Shown here: one piece after another, positions 50,366 to 62,798 of the stretch | Layout: each line of letters opens with the position of its first letter | Position numbering within the stretch: the stretch's first letter is position 1 | DNA from: Leucoraja erinacea | Lineage: Eukaryota | DNA: 64,000 nucleotides | Assembly (NCBI RefSeq): GCF_028641065.1 | Contig: NC_073379.1 | Coordinates: 33,046,001 to 33,110,000, forward strand | Reading direction: 5' to 3' | The notes under the pieces: model-generated | Seen by the model: only the letters and a program-made list of their open reading frames with translations | Database searches by the model: none | Told to the model about the DNA's origin: nothing | Translations under genes and position numbers: made by a program

Positions 50366-51944
50366 TTATTCCTCATTCATTTCGCTATCAGTAGCACAGC
50401 TGGATGACTGCTGCCTCACAGTGCCAGAGACCGGGTTCGATCAAACAGAGAAGTGCACAAGGAGCACCATACTGGTTAAACAAAGCAATAAGCGGATGAA
50501 ACTTCACCAACTGAGGCACATGTTGGCCACATCATGCATTGCCTTTGAGCATGGGCAGAAGTTATCAACAGGGATTTTATATGATGGTGCTGGAGAGAGG
50601 TGACCTTTTGCAGGCAGCTTGCAGGAGAACTATCTACTCACATTCTGACCTTTTAAAGCTGAAATTGGCAGCCAGAGGAGTGGCAGCAACAGATGGACAG
50701 ATATGAGTTTCCTATAACCATTAGGTTCTTAAATAACTGTTGATAACTTCTCTCAAGCTCAAAGACCTGCACAAACCATAATCCCATCTCACAATAAAAC
50801 TCTACAGACCTCTTCTTGCACTATCATAAACCTCAGTGGTACAATGATTCTTTATTATCAAGTGTGCACTGCCCAGTGAAATTGTGTTTGCACAGTTCAC
50901 ACAAGCAAGAGTTGCCATATTTTGGTGCCATTTAGACCAAAGTCCCAAGTCCGGTCCACGTGCTCGATGTACTGGAGCAGGGCCAGGTCCGACTAGGCCC
51001 CAATCCACTGCCCTTTAACCAATGTACCTATCCTCGCCTGACCAACTCTGAGTCCCGGGGATGTCTCCTGCAGCCGACCATTAAGACACTGGAGGCAATA
51101 GCCTGGTCCCTCTCCTTCCGGCTAGAGGCTCCCTCCTCCTCAGCTCTCCGGTGTTCGGGGCTGAACTCGGTAGCTTCCAATCTCTCCACCTGCAGGCAGC
51201 GGCTCGCTGGGTCTTAGTTCATGGCAGTGAGCTTGGCGCTGCATGTGGCTGTAAGCAGCCCCCCAGCTCTTCCTCTGTGACGGTCTGCTGGGTCTTTCTT
51301 CATTCACCTCTGCAGGCACCTCGTGGGAGCCTTCTTGGTTTCTAGTAAAAAAACAACAGAAAATGTATTTCCAATTAGTTTTTTTTGCACAGTTTTTTCA
51401 CTGGCTTGTACAACTTGTGTGTAATTTATGTACAGTTTATGTTTCTGTGTGTGACCTCAGTCCATGTGCCTTTGATACTGCTGCAAGCATGATTTTCATT
51501 ATACCTCAACTTACGTATGCACCATGATAACCTTGACCTGACCTAAATTGATTTGATTTAATCCTGAGCTTTTTCGAGCAATTTAAGATGGAAACCCATA
51601 TGGCACACACAAATGTCATTGAACATTGCCCTTCCTGAACATTTGAGAAGGAGCACAGCTCTTATTACAGAGCAGATTGCTGACAAGTGGGAGGTCTCTA
51701 TGAATGACAAAGTGTTTTTTGATGTAACCCTTCAATGACTTACTTCTAAATTTTCAATTTGCCCATTGTTTATTCCATATTCAACCACTGCAGGAAGTAA
51801 TTCATCACTCACAGACAACTCATTATCCACATTTTAACGAGAGCAAACATCATAGTGGAATTATTTAATGCTCCAGTATATTTGACAACAACCCTCGCGG
51901 AACACACAATTCAGAAATTAACTCCATCATCAAAATAATATTGA

Positions 51945-52640
51945 ATGGATCGACTGGACTTAAATTCACTGGAATTTAGACAGTTGAGAGGGGATCTTAT
52001 GGAAACATATAAAACTCTTAAGGGATTGGACAGGCAAGATGCAGAAAAAATGTTCCCGATGTTGGGGGAGTCCAGAGCCAGGGTCACAGTTTAAGAATAA
52101 GGGGTAGGCCATTAAAACGGAGATGAGGAAAAACACAGAAGGTTGTGAATCTGTGGAATCTTCTGCCTCAGAAGGCAGTGGAGGCCAATTCTCTGGATGC
52201 TTTCAAGAGAGAGTTCTATTTAGCTCCTCGAGCTAACGGAATCAAGAGATATGGGGTAAAAGGCAGGAACAGATTACTGATTTTGGATGATCAGCCATGA
52301 ATAACTGTTGATAACTTCTGCCCAAGCTCAAAGACCTGCACAAACCATAATCCCATCTCACAACAAAACTCTACAAACCTTTTCTTGCACTATCATAAAC
52401 CTCAGTGGTACAATGATTCTTTATTGTCAAGTGTGCACTGCCCAGTGAAATTCTGTTTGCACAGTTCACAAAGCAAGAGTTGCCATATTTTGGTGCCATT
52501 TAGACCAAAGTCCCAAGTCCCACGTGTTCGATGTACTAGAGCAGGGCCAGATCCGACTAGGCCCCAATCCACTGCCCTTTAACTGCTGGCTCGAAAGGCC
52601 GAATGGCCTACCCTTGCACCTAGTTTCTATGTTTCTATAT
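51945..52640 (+). mobile_element. CR1 3' fragment with a 283-bp local-DNA insert in its tail and long flanking direct repeats
   Basis: SLEFRQLRGDLMETYK..RARGHSL motif; tail split at CAGCCATGA|..|TGCTGGCTCG; direct repeats 51869-51944 and 52641-52725. Confidence 0.88.
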
Positions 52641-54159
52641 TGCTTCAGTATTTTTGAAAATGACCCTCGAGGAACACACAATTCAGAAATTAACTCCATC
52701 ATCAAAACCCAATGAAATAATATTGATATGATATATTTTAATGTATATAAAATGGCCTAGATATTGTGGTTAGAAGTTGGCAGACTATCTTGGAACTACC
52801 AACTTTACCTACATAATCATTACAGAAACTTAGGACAACTAAGCAGAGATGGAAATCCGTAAATTCTGCTCAACTGATCATCACTCTTGAAACAGCTGTG
52901 CATGACTCCTGGATTTCTCATGGTGGACTACAGAGTACCCAGATTATCCAGGCGTATACAATCATACCAACGGATGTGAAACCTTGGCACAAGACCATCA
53001 GGCGTATTCTATTAGCAAAAGGGAATAAAGAGGTGTAGAAGACCAATTCTTATGGACACTTTCAGACATTTTAAAATTGCAATAAATAACAATTTCTAAA
53101 ATATTACTGCAAGCAATTTGAGTCAGTCCATGCTTTATCCCTTCTCCTGAGGGTCATGATTCATACTCTGTAGGTGTTTTCATGGACTGGTTATTGCCAG
53201 CTTTTCCCAATGTGTGGAGCATGAGATTGCTTTGAATAATGAATGTCCATGAAGAATGTGTGAAGCACTGGGTATGCCAACCAGATACTAAGATAGTCTT
53301 AACCACATCAGATTCATTTACCTAAAGTTCATTAGTGATCATTGATCAAGTTGGGCTCTCACCACAGTTCAGTGTATGGACAGCCTAATACTGGCTTTTT
53401 ATTCCAAATGTATTCAATTAATTGCATTTCAAAGAGTGAGGGGCAAATTAATTGAAACATAAGAACATGTGTGGTCTTAATCGAGCAGCCGTGCGGAATA
53501 CGTTTACTGCGGGACAATCAAGAACTAGGGATTGCTGTTGAACAGTTTGGGCTTGCGCATCTGAGAGAGAAAGAATACACGTTCTGGTCAAAATAACAAC
53601 ATGCTGAAGCATCAGAGCATCTGTGGAGAGAACAGACAATGATTTGGGTCAGGTCCCTTCTTCAAACTGGGTAGAGGGTAAGATCATAAGTGATAGGAGC
53701 AGAATTAGGCCATTTGGCCCATCAAGTCTACTCCAACATTCAATCATGGCTGATCTATCTCCCCCCCCACCCCACCTCTAACCCCATTCTCCTGCCTTCT
53801 CCCCATAACCTCTGACACCCGGACTGACCAACTGCTGGAAAGGGATATGGGTGGAAAGTTGGAAATCCTTTCCTCAAGGGGCGGTGGAAGCAGTCTTTGA
53901 ATATTTTTAAACAGAAGTTGATATATTCCAGAAAGGTAAGGGAAAAAAAGATAATTAGAGTTTAATTGGGACGTGGAGCAGAGGTTACAGATGGCATGCT
54001 ATGACCTTATTAAATGATTGAGGAGGCTTGAAAAACCAAGCAGCCTCCACCTACTTGTAGTTCACTGATTGTCATGGTTGGATTTGACTTCAGTCTCTGT
54101 ATTAGAATGCCAGTAATGCTGCCATAACTCTTTTAGTTTTGTTTAAACTAAAAAAGTGG

Positions 54160-54460
54160 TCGGCCACGGTGGCGCAGTGGTAGAGTTGCTGCGCTTGCAG
54201 TGCCGGAGACTGGGGTTCGATCCCGACTACGGGCGCTGTCTGTATGGAGTTTGTACGTTCTCCCCGTGACAGCATGGGTTTTCTCTGAAATCTTTGTTCC
54301 TCACACACTCCAAAGACGTCCAGGTACCTGTATGTAGGTTAATTGGCTTGGTGTATATGTAAATTGTCCCTAGCGTGTGTAGGATTGTGGTAACGTGCTG
54401 GGACTGCTGGTCTGTGTGGACTCGGTGGGCTGAAGGGCCTGTTTTAACTAAATTAACTAA
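54160..54460 (+). mobile_element. tRNA-derived SINE (HE1/V-SINE-like)
   Basis: A box TGGCGCAGTGG 54170-54180, B box GGTTCGATCCC 54214-54224, central GGAGTTTGTACGTTCTCCCCGTGAC domain, CR1-derived tail GGGCTGAAGGGCCTGTTT. Confidence 0.9.
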
Positions 54461-54939
54461 ACTCTTCCCCAATATGGAACCCAAAATGGCTCACTGGTGA
54501 AGGCAGTGTTGAGTGGTCTATCAGTAACTACGTTTTTAAGTAGAGAGCTTTCAACATCATTGCTTAACACTTCAGAAAAATTGTATTAAAAATAAAACTG
54601 TTTTATATGACATCCATCTGGAACATTTCAAAATAATATGGAGAGAAGAGAATGGCCAAAAGCAAGTAGCTTGAGCACAAAAAAAAAGCATAAATCATTT
54701 TTGGACTTCTTTGTAAATCAGTGCCGAGATTAGAACAGGAGGAACAAAGCTGTTTCTCTGATTCTTTGTTTTATATATATATACTGTCAAGTTTTGGAAA
54801 TGGTTTCATTTTGTTTGGTTCCCTTCCATTACCTTCAGGGGGCATTGCAGATGTTCATAGCCACTGCACTCTCCAGATAATTTACTAAATCAACGAACAA
54901 TGGGCCAATGGGCCGGAGTTGATAGCTGACTCCTCAGAG

Positions 54940-55115
54940 TCACAGAAAGCTGGAGTAACTCAGCAGGTCAGGTAGCATCTCTGAAGAAAAGGAATAGATG
55001 ACATTTCGGTTGAGATCCTTCTTCAGACATCTCTTCTTGACCTGGAATGTCACCTATTCCTTTACTCCAGAGATGCTGTCTGACCCGCTGAGTTACTTCA
55101 GCTTTTTGTGCCTAT
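54940..55115. mobile_element. Penelope-end-derived palindromic element with a hammerhead-like core
   Basis: AAGCTGGAGTAACTCAGCAGGTCAGGTAGCATCTCTG inverted as CAGAGATGCTGTCTGACCCGCTGAGTTACTTCAGCTT; minus strand CTGAAGA..GAAA TGTC at 55000-55026. Confidence 0.8.
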
Positions 55116-58100
55116 CTAAATGAAATGGTGGACAGGTAGAAGAGGGACATGGAACATAAAACGTCACAGTGATCTAGCTGACCAAAAGGCCTGGTTCAGC
55201 GCTATAGCTTCGACATTCTGGGTGAAGAAAGATCCATTAGATTACTAACAGTATTGATTCAACACCTTCCTCTCTCTTTACAGTCTGTATCTCACAACAT
55301 GTCACACTCTTGCAATGAATGCACCTACAATAAATTCTTCAGCCAATGTTGCTGCCACATTTTATAAAGGAGCTAATAACCTGCACATAGAAAATTGACG
55401 AGGAACAATTCAATAGATTGACAAACTTTTTTTTCTTAGCAAGCTCAAAGTCTGAACTAGGAACCGTTTGATTAGAAGATATTATTCCTGACAATGTTTC
55501 CAACACCAAGAGGAGGGGTTGCTTGCATGAATAAAGAGCTTACTATTAGGGAGTATCTAATGTTATTTGAATGATAACCATAGCAACACTGTCAATATAC
55601 AAAATGGTACTGTATTTTTACCCCATCCGTTAACAAATGTCTCAGATACACAAGGCAGTTGGTTGGATCACAGTCAACATTTTATATATTTAAATCAGCA
55701 GCTGCTGCTCTGATTGTTGCTATGGCAACTATTAACCCCAGAAGGAAACATGCCACAAAATTCAAACATATATTGTTTTTAAAACTTCTCGGACACCGGA
55801 AAGGTATCAATGCAGTGTTTTGGAGCAGTTCCCCACCCCACAACCCCAACATCTACATACAATGATAGCTTTGCATGTGAAATTTTTAGGTGACTGGGAT
55901 TCTAACTGATCCAGAAAGCACTTTGCAGGAAGATTTGTCCAATATCATTTTCTATCCTTAATACCTTCCTCCTGTCTCTGTCTCTCTCTCTTTAGTCTGC
56001 TAAGGTTAGCTTTAACACACTTCTGTTAATCTGATTGACAGTAAACATTCAAATGCTAAATGGATTCTCAATCAAAAGCGACACATAGTCTAATCTCATG
56101 GTTCCATGTACAAGCTGAAAGCAGCCAACCACACAAAGGGCAGAATAAATAAAACAGTAGACACCATGTGTTGTAGGGGAAATATCTAGATCTCAAATTC
56201 AAGAAATGGATTAGAAAAGCAGAGTCTAACTGGTCGTAATTTAACAAGTGTAAACCCACGCCAGGCAGTTCTTAGATGCTGGCGAGTCTCTTGCAGAGGA
56301 GGATGTCAGATAAAAAGTGAGCACAGTGCTTTAAAGAAAGTAGAAATCTTGCCCATCAAAAACATGCCGATGACTGTGGAAGAGACTAATTGCATTATAT
56401 CAGCACAAGATTTACTCTTAAACATTCTGGTTGCAGCTGATCGAAGATGGTCCTCATTCTGAGAGTACAGAACATCAAATGATTCAAGAATGATCTCGAT
56501 TTGCTGTGGTATGTATCTGCATTCTGTTTCATTTTGCTGCATTGTACATATTATGTTAACTCTTTTTGTATGTTTTTAATGTCCAATTACAACCACATAA
56601 TTATCTTCTCTATCTGAAACAGTGCCCATACTTAGTTTGTCAAATAACTTAATGTTGCATATATTTTCAGGCAATCACTTAAGATCCCTGTTTGTTCCAT
56701 GGGTAATATGTCATTCAGTCAAAGAGGTAAAAAAATCCAATATTTGACTTCTCCATGTGTTGAGTTAACTAAACTGACTGAGGGAAACTGTTGTTAGACC
56801 TGATTAACTGACTAGCATGAGGAGAAGGCCAAGGATGGGGAAAACATTGAGGCCATGGGGAAAACATTATATCAGCTGATATATCTGTTCCTGACATCTA
56901 TCCAGTAAAGCTCGCATGGAAATATATTGTATACAAAATCAAATGGTCAGTTCATCTCCACATAAAAGGCTTTCATGAGCGAACTGTTCTTCTATCTGGC
57001 CTTTTCTGTGAAAATGGTATGTTAGGCAAATAAGCAAATATTCCTCTTGCAATGGGAAGAAGTGCAGTCCACAGGAGATGGCTGGAGCTTTGAGTATTTG
57101 ATGTTATGCTAGCAAGGCAGCTTCAATGAGTTGCTGATAAATAGGCTAAATTACCATCAATGGTTGGAGCTGTTAACCACTTCATTCAGCAATCATGTCA
57201 ATTTACAACAAATTGATTCAGTTCTTGCTGTCTCTTAAACAATATGTCTTTCGACCAAGGTTCCTACATGATATCAAATGTTCTCACTTAAGCACCTTAG
57301 CAGGAGAAATAAGAAAAGTTCAGTCATTTTTTTGTGAATTTGCCTTACTTTGTTGATTTAATTTCCAAAACCCTTCATTTCACTTCGGAGTCACATGAGT
57401 GACTACGTGAAGAACCCCGCCAGGACGCATGCATGTCATATCGATTTCATGGTTGCGAAACGACAGGTGGGGTGGAGCGTTCCCCCGCAGCGGTAAGTTT
57501 GAAACCGCGACCTGTAGGTAAGTGATTTACTCTGTGGTAGTGTTTGGCCCCGCGCTGTTTTTACACAAGGGGGGGGGGGGGGGGGGGAGTTGGACAAAAT
57601 AGTGTCCACAAGTGCTGCGAGTGAAGCTGGCTGGGGAGGACCGCGAAGTTGCGGGAGGCAGCAGCAGCTGAAGGCACAATCCCCGTAAGTGGGGTCCGCT
57701 GTGCCGACTTTTGGTCCTGCGCCGGCCAGAACTCCACGGCCGGGCGGGAGACTATTCAGAATGGGGCCGTCGACTTTGACAAGTCTAAACAGCAGGAGGC
57801 GGGGTGGAACGACGTTCCCCCGTAGCGACAGTTTAAACCTGGACCTGCAGGTAAGTAAAACTGCGGTCTTTATTCTCCCCATACTGTTTCACAGGTGGGG
57901 GAAACATGGAGAGCTGTGCAAATGACGGCAGGCGGCACAGGATTCACCCGTAAGGGAACAGCTGTGCCCCACTTTGCTCCTGCACCGGCCAGATTAAACA
58001 CCATGGCTGGGCAGGAGACTATACGGAACGGAGCCGTTGGCTTTGACAAGTCAAAACGGCAGGAGGAGGGGTGGAAGGACGTTCCCCCTTAACGGCAAGT

Positions 58101-59049
58101 TTTAAGCCTGGACCTGCAGGTATGTGATACTGCGGTCTTTATTGTTCCCATACTGTTCTACAGGTGGGGGAAACATGCACAAGGCAAAGAAGTCGACCAG
58201 AGCTGCGACAAAGCTGGCGGGGGAAGACCGCAGAGTTGCGGACGCCAGCAGCGGCCGGCCGCACAGGAATCACCGGTAAGGGAACAGCTGTGCCCGTCTT
58301 CGCCCCCTCACTGGCCAGATTAAACACTGCATCTGGGCGGGAAGGCAAGAAGAAAACCAAAAGAGTCAAGGACTGATGAGTCCGACTTTGGGCGGCCAGC
58401 GACCGTGAGCGCTGGAGCCGGTTGGAGCGGCTTTTGGAGCTGAGCTCCAACATGACAGGCTCCGGGAGATGGAGTCTAGTCACTGTGGGCACTATATAAA
58501 ACCCACAGCAGCACCTCTTGTAGGGCTGCACAGTGCATCTCCCTCGTCAGAGGGGAGTACTGGGGGGTCAATTCTGGGCTGACCCTGAAGAGGGGTTTTG
58601 ACGAACAAAACTACAAGTGTGCAGGGGGTGCAGGAAGGCAAAATCTACTGGTCATGGTGTCCAAATACATACAGCCAGACCACGATGGACACCACTGCAA
58701 AAATACTTGGGACCAGGAAACTGCGCATCCCTGAATGTTCCAGTCGTGGAAATAGCATCTGGAAACATGTCGGAGCAGGACTTAGGAAAGCCCTGGGGCT
58801 CATAAAGGCGACAACATTAAGGATCTCCTACAGCCAAAGACAGCACCCTTATGCACCCACCAGCAGAACAAGAGAAGCTGGTGAAAGCTCAAAGGCCGGG
58901 CATACAGGACAGCGGTCTTTTAGACCATAGCCCAGACCGGCCTTTCTGGAAGATGCGCAAACCCCCAACCCAAAAACAAACCCAGACACCGGCGCCTCAA
59001 CCTCCACGAAGACCACACAGAAGAAGCAAACTTCCACTGGTAACAATGG

Positions 59050-60560
59050 AGGTAGGTGGGTCTGGTCCCTTACAAATTATAGGAAGAGTGGATAATACAC
59101 ACATTGGTGGGAGATTACACTCTTTTGGATACATGGTGTATATTAACTACAGACACTTATATCCTAAGCAGTATCCAGGGATATACCATTGAATTGTGCA
59201 AAAGGGGTAATGGGTTAACCCAACACGATTGGCTGGAATTTGTGTCTTATATCTTTACCAAAAACAAAATAGATGGTGACAGTCGCATCATCATCGAATT
59301 GACCAAATTGAATACATTGTACTATATATTCAGTACAAAATTGGAACCTGGTAACTGCTTAAGGACTGATTTCCAAAGGCTACTCCATGGCTAGCATCGA
59401 CCTAAAAGATGCTTACTATTCAGTGCCTACACGGACTGATCACAAACGTTATTTTTTTTAAATTCAACTGGATGGGGCAGCTCTGGCAGTATAGAGCTCT
59501 ACCAAATACATAATCATACGATCATACTAATTGTGGGCATAACTTTGGAGTTGGCCTAACTAGCTGTAACAGCCACCATACAATTGGGTGAAAACTGGGG
59601 TTATCATCCATCCAGTTAAATCTAAACTAACACCTACCAACATAATGGATTATTTGGGGTTCACTATTGACAGCTCACATGTCGGTGAATTTACCAAAGG
59701 ACAAGGCTACAGTCTTAACTGAGGCCTGCAACAACCCCACTGACATCAGTGAACCGTTTAACAGACTGGTAGCAAGTATAATTGGCATATAGTGTCTGCC
59801 TTTCCAGCCACACAATTTGGACCTTTGTATTACCAAAAATCTACAAAGGGCAAAAATACAAGCACTCAAAGTTAATACTGGTCATTTTGACAGACCAATA
59901 AGCCACAAATCAAAGCTTATGTAATTAAAATGGTGGAGGGATAACATTCGGCATTGTTCCAACCCTATCGTTATCAGCAAACCCTTAGGGGTGCTACAAA
60001 CTGATGCCAGAGCGCTTGGTTGGGGCACTACCAATTTCCATCTCCATCTGTGGAGGTAGATGAAAGGCACAGGAGGCATCATTATCACAGACACTGGGCA
60101 TAAACTACCTGGAAATGTGGGGTGCGCTCTATGGCCTAAAGTCATACTGCTCTGGGATAAATCACCAGCATGTCAGACTACAGAGTGACAAACTGACTAA
60201 TACAATTTGGTAAGGGTGTATCCAGAGAAATATTGGAATATCAGCTACTTACCTACCAGGTAACCCAAAATTCAGAGACAAACATCAGGTCACGCAAATT
60301 CAATAAAATAAGACTTAATCACCAGTTACCAAACTGTGTTTCTTGGGAACCAGACCCTGGGACAGCAGGGACAGATGCTTTTCACTGCATTGAGGGGGCA
60401 ATTGTTTATCTATGCATTCTCTCCTTTTCTGCATCATCAGTCGGGTATTACGAAAAATACAACAAGACTCAGCGTCTGTTAATTGGTAATGCCGATTGGC
60501 CTACTTAACCATGGTTCCCTGTGATACTCAACATGGGTTTTAACGATGCATCACCATCCT
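59050..60560 (+). pseudogene. DIRS reverse transcriptase / RNase H / methyltransferase-like region, frameshifted
   Basis: MASIDLKDAYYSVP (59387), MDYLGFTIDS, VLQTDARALGWG (59991), GINYLEM, DPGTAGTDAF, ADWPT*PWFP; the YxDD segment appears deleted. Confidence 0.85.
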
Positions 60561-60649
60561 GAAACAACCAGATTATTGGTTCATCCCGTAACAGGGGAAC
60601 CCATCCATGTCAAAAACAACAAACCTATCTATTTGTAGAGTCTAAAGAA

Positions 60650-61600
60650 ACCTCTACTGCAACTGGGACTAGCGGACCGAACATTGAACATTATCTCAGC
60701 GGGCCACAGACAGTCCACCAAAAACTATATCTGGTATACATCAGGAAATGGGAGATATATTGTCACAGAAACAACATCACCTACAGTTTGATGAACATAA
60801 CGTCTGTTCTCGAATTCCTGGTAGGCCTCCATTATGATGAGGGGCTCAGTTACAGTGCCATTAACTGCGCCAGAAGTGCCCTTTCAACATATCTATGGCG
60901 AGGATCAGAGCGTCATTCTGTTGGGACTCACCCCTGGTAACCAAACTTATGAGGGGAATATTTAATATCAATCCCCCAAGAACCAGGTACTCTCTAAATG
61001 AGATATGAGTATTGCCCTAACGTTGCTACAGAATTGGTCTCCAGCAACAGCTCTGTCCCTGCAAAGACTGATGCACAAAACAGTCATGCTGATGGCTTTG
61101 GTCACGGCACTAAGGGTACAGTTGTACATAAGTTAAGGCTGGACGATATGACTTCTTCAATAGGAATATAACGTTTCATATTACGAATTAGTCGAACAGA
61201 ACAGACCGGGATCATCAGGCCTCAAAATAGTATTTAGGGATTACCCTACAGATATTGTCTCTGTATAATAAGACAATTATTGTTCTATATGGAGAACACC
61301 AAAAACATCTGAGGCTATGAGATGGCACTACTAATCAGCCACAAACAAACCCACAAAAAAATGTCGGTTCAACCTATTTCCAGATGGCTGAAACAGGTTT
61401 TAACAACAGCTGGGGTGGATACTAACATATTCAAATCGTATTCCACCAGGGCTGCAACTACATCGGCAGCTATGCAGTTGGATGTACCAATGAACCAAAT
61501 CCTCGAGACAGCAGGATGGATCAGGGTAAAATGTTCCAACTATTCTACCACAAACCAGTAGTTAAACTGGAACTTTGCAGAGCCAATTTTAAGTTCTGTA
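60650..61600 (+). pseudogene. DIRS tyrosine recombinase, frameshifted
   Basis: GLSYSAINCARSALS (~60842), LMRGIFNINPPRTRY, KTVMLMALVTALRVQ (~61078), ISRWLKQVL..FKSYSTRAATTSAA (HxxR motif with H to Y), ILETAGW. Confidence 0.87.
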
Positions 61601-61770
61601 ATATAATTTCACCCCATAAATAGCGGCTATAATTTGTTGTTAACAATTTATCATGGATTTCAATGTTGGATTCATGTCTAAACATGTTAACACAATTCCT
61701 CCCACAGTCAATTAAGGCAGATGTGATGCATGGACTTGTCTCCACGGCATGAAATCACAGAGCTTTGAAA

Positions 61771-61882
61771 TCTTCACGTAGTCACTCACGTGACTCCGAA
61801 GTAAAATAGTAAGATTAAATGAGAACTTACCAGTTCGAAGTTTGATCATTATTTTATGAGGAGTACGTTGAGGGAATACGTG
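61771..61882 (+). repeat. DIRS internal complementary region (ICR)
   Basis: 61771-61806 is complementary to the element start 57378-57413; 61804-61882 is complementary to the 3' end 62020-62098. Confidence 0.92.
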
Positions 61883-62798
61883 CCCTCCGCTCCCACTCTT
61901 GATCATATACTCAACTGGTATTTTCTTCTCTAATCTTACTATGTTCAGTCATTACAGTTATCTGTGATTTCACACCGCTGCTTTGAAGAATGACACGCAT
62001 GCGTCCTGGCGGGGTTCTTCACGTATTCCCTCAATGTACTCCTCATAAAATAATGATCAAACTTCAAACTGGTATGTTCTCGTTTAATCTTGCTATTTAT
62101 CCTTCTTCTAGTTGTCTGAATTTCTGGAATTTATTGTTACTGCACAATCAATATTGCGCCAGTGTTCTATCAACTTTCCTCAAAGAAAACAGAGGCAATT
62201 CAAAGAGTCCTAAAATGATTACTGCACAGAGCACCCAGATGTAGTTTGAACACCGTCTAATTTATGTAGGACGGGTTTAATCATCTACTACAGATCTCAT
62301 GACACCTTTTATTAAGCTAATGATATGAGTTAGAAATGGAAGAATAATGCCAAAGGTCTTGAATGTTGTTTGAGAAACAATATCTTTCTTATGCTGTTTT
62401 GTATTTGTGACTTTTTATGAATCTTTCAGGACATTATTAATGATCGATAATATGTGTCTGTTTTTGCTCGTTCAATGTCTTCTCATATTACACCACCCAT
62501 AGTACCCCACCCACCACCGTTCTTAGGTGAGTCCCCTCTCCCCAGGGCTTGAAGTTTGTTTTGAGCTGACAGTTTATTAGGCAATTTTGGGTGAGATTGA
62601 TGTAAAAGTAAAATGCACAATATGTTCCCATTTTTTTGAATATCGACAGATCAATCATGCAGTACTTAAGCCATAAAAGATATTAAGGTTCATACCTGGA
62701 AGTTTAAAACCAATATTGCATAATTATTAATTAAAAAAATATATGCATGTGAGTGTGTGGGATATAAAGTTCTTGGAAATATTTCATTGGTTTTCTAA

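Larger units (their letters stand above)
57378..62098 (+). mobile_element. DIRS tyrosine-recombinase retrotransposon, full terminal structure, ORFs pseudogenised
   Basis: TTT at both ends; left ITR 57378-57439; ICR 61771-61882; right ITR plus extension 61990-62098; RT, RNase H and YR motifs in the expected order. Confidence 0.93.

Noticed and set aside
54160-54235. Possible tRNA gene
   Set aside because: A and B boxes present but no cloverleaf; continues into SINE body and LINE-derived tail
60650-61600. Tyrosine recombinase as evidence of phage or bacterial DNA, or a Crypton
   Set aside because: Lies downstream of RT/RNase H within DIRS ITR/ICR termini
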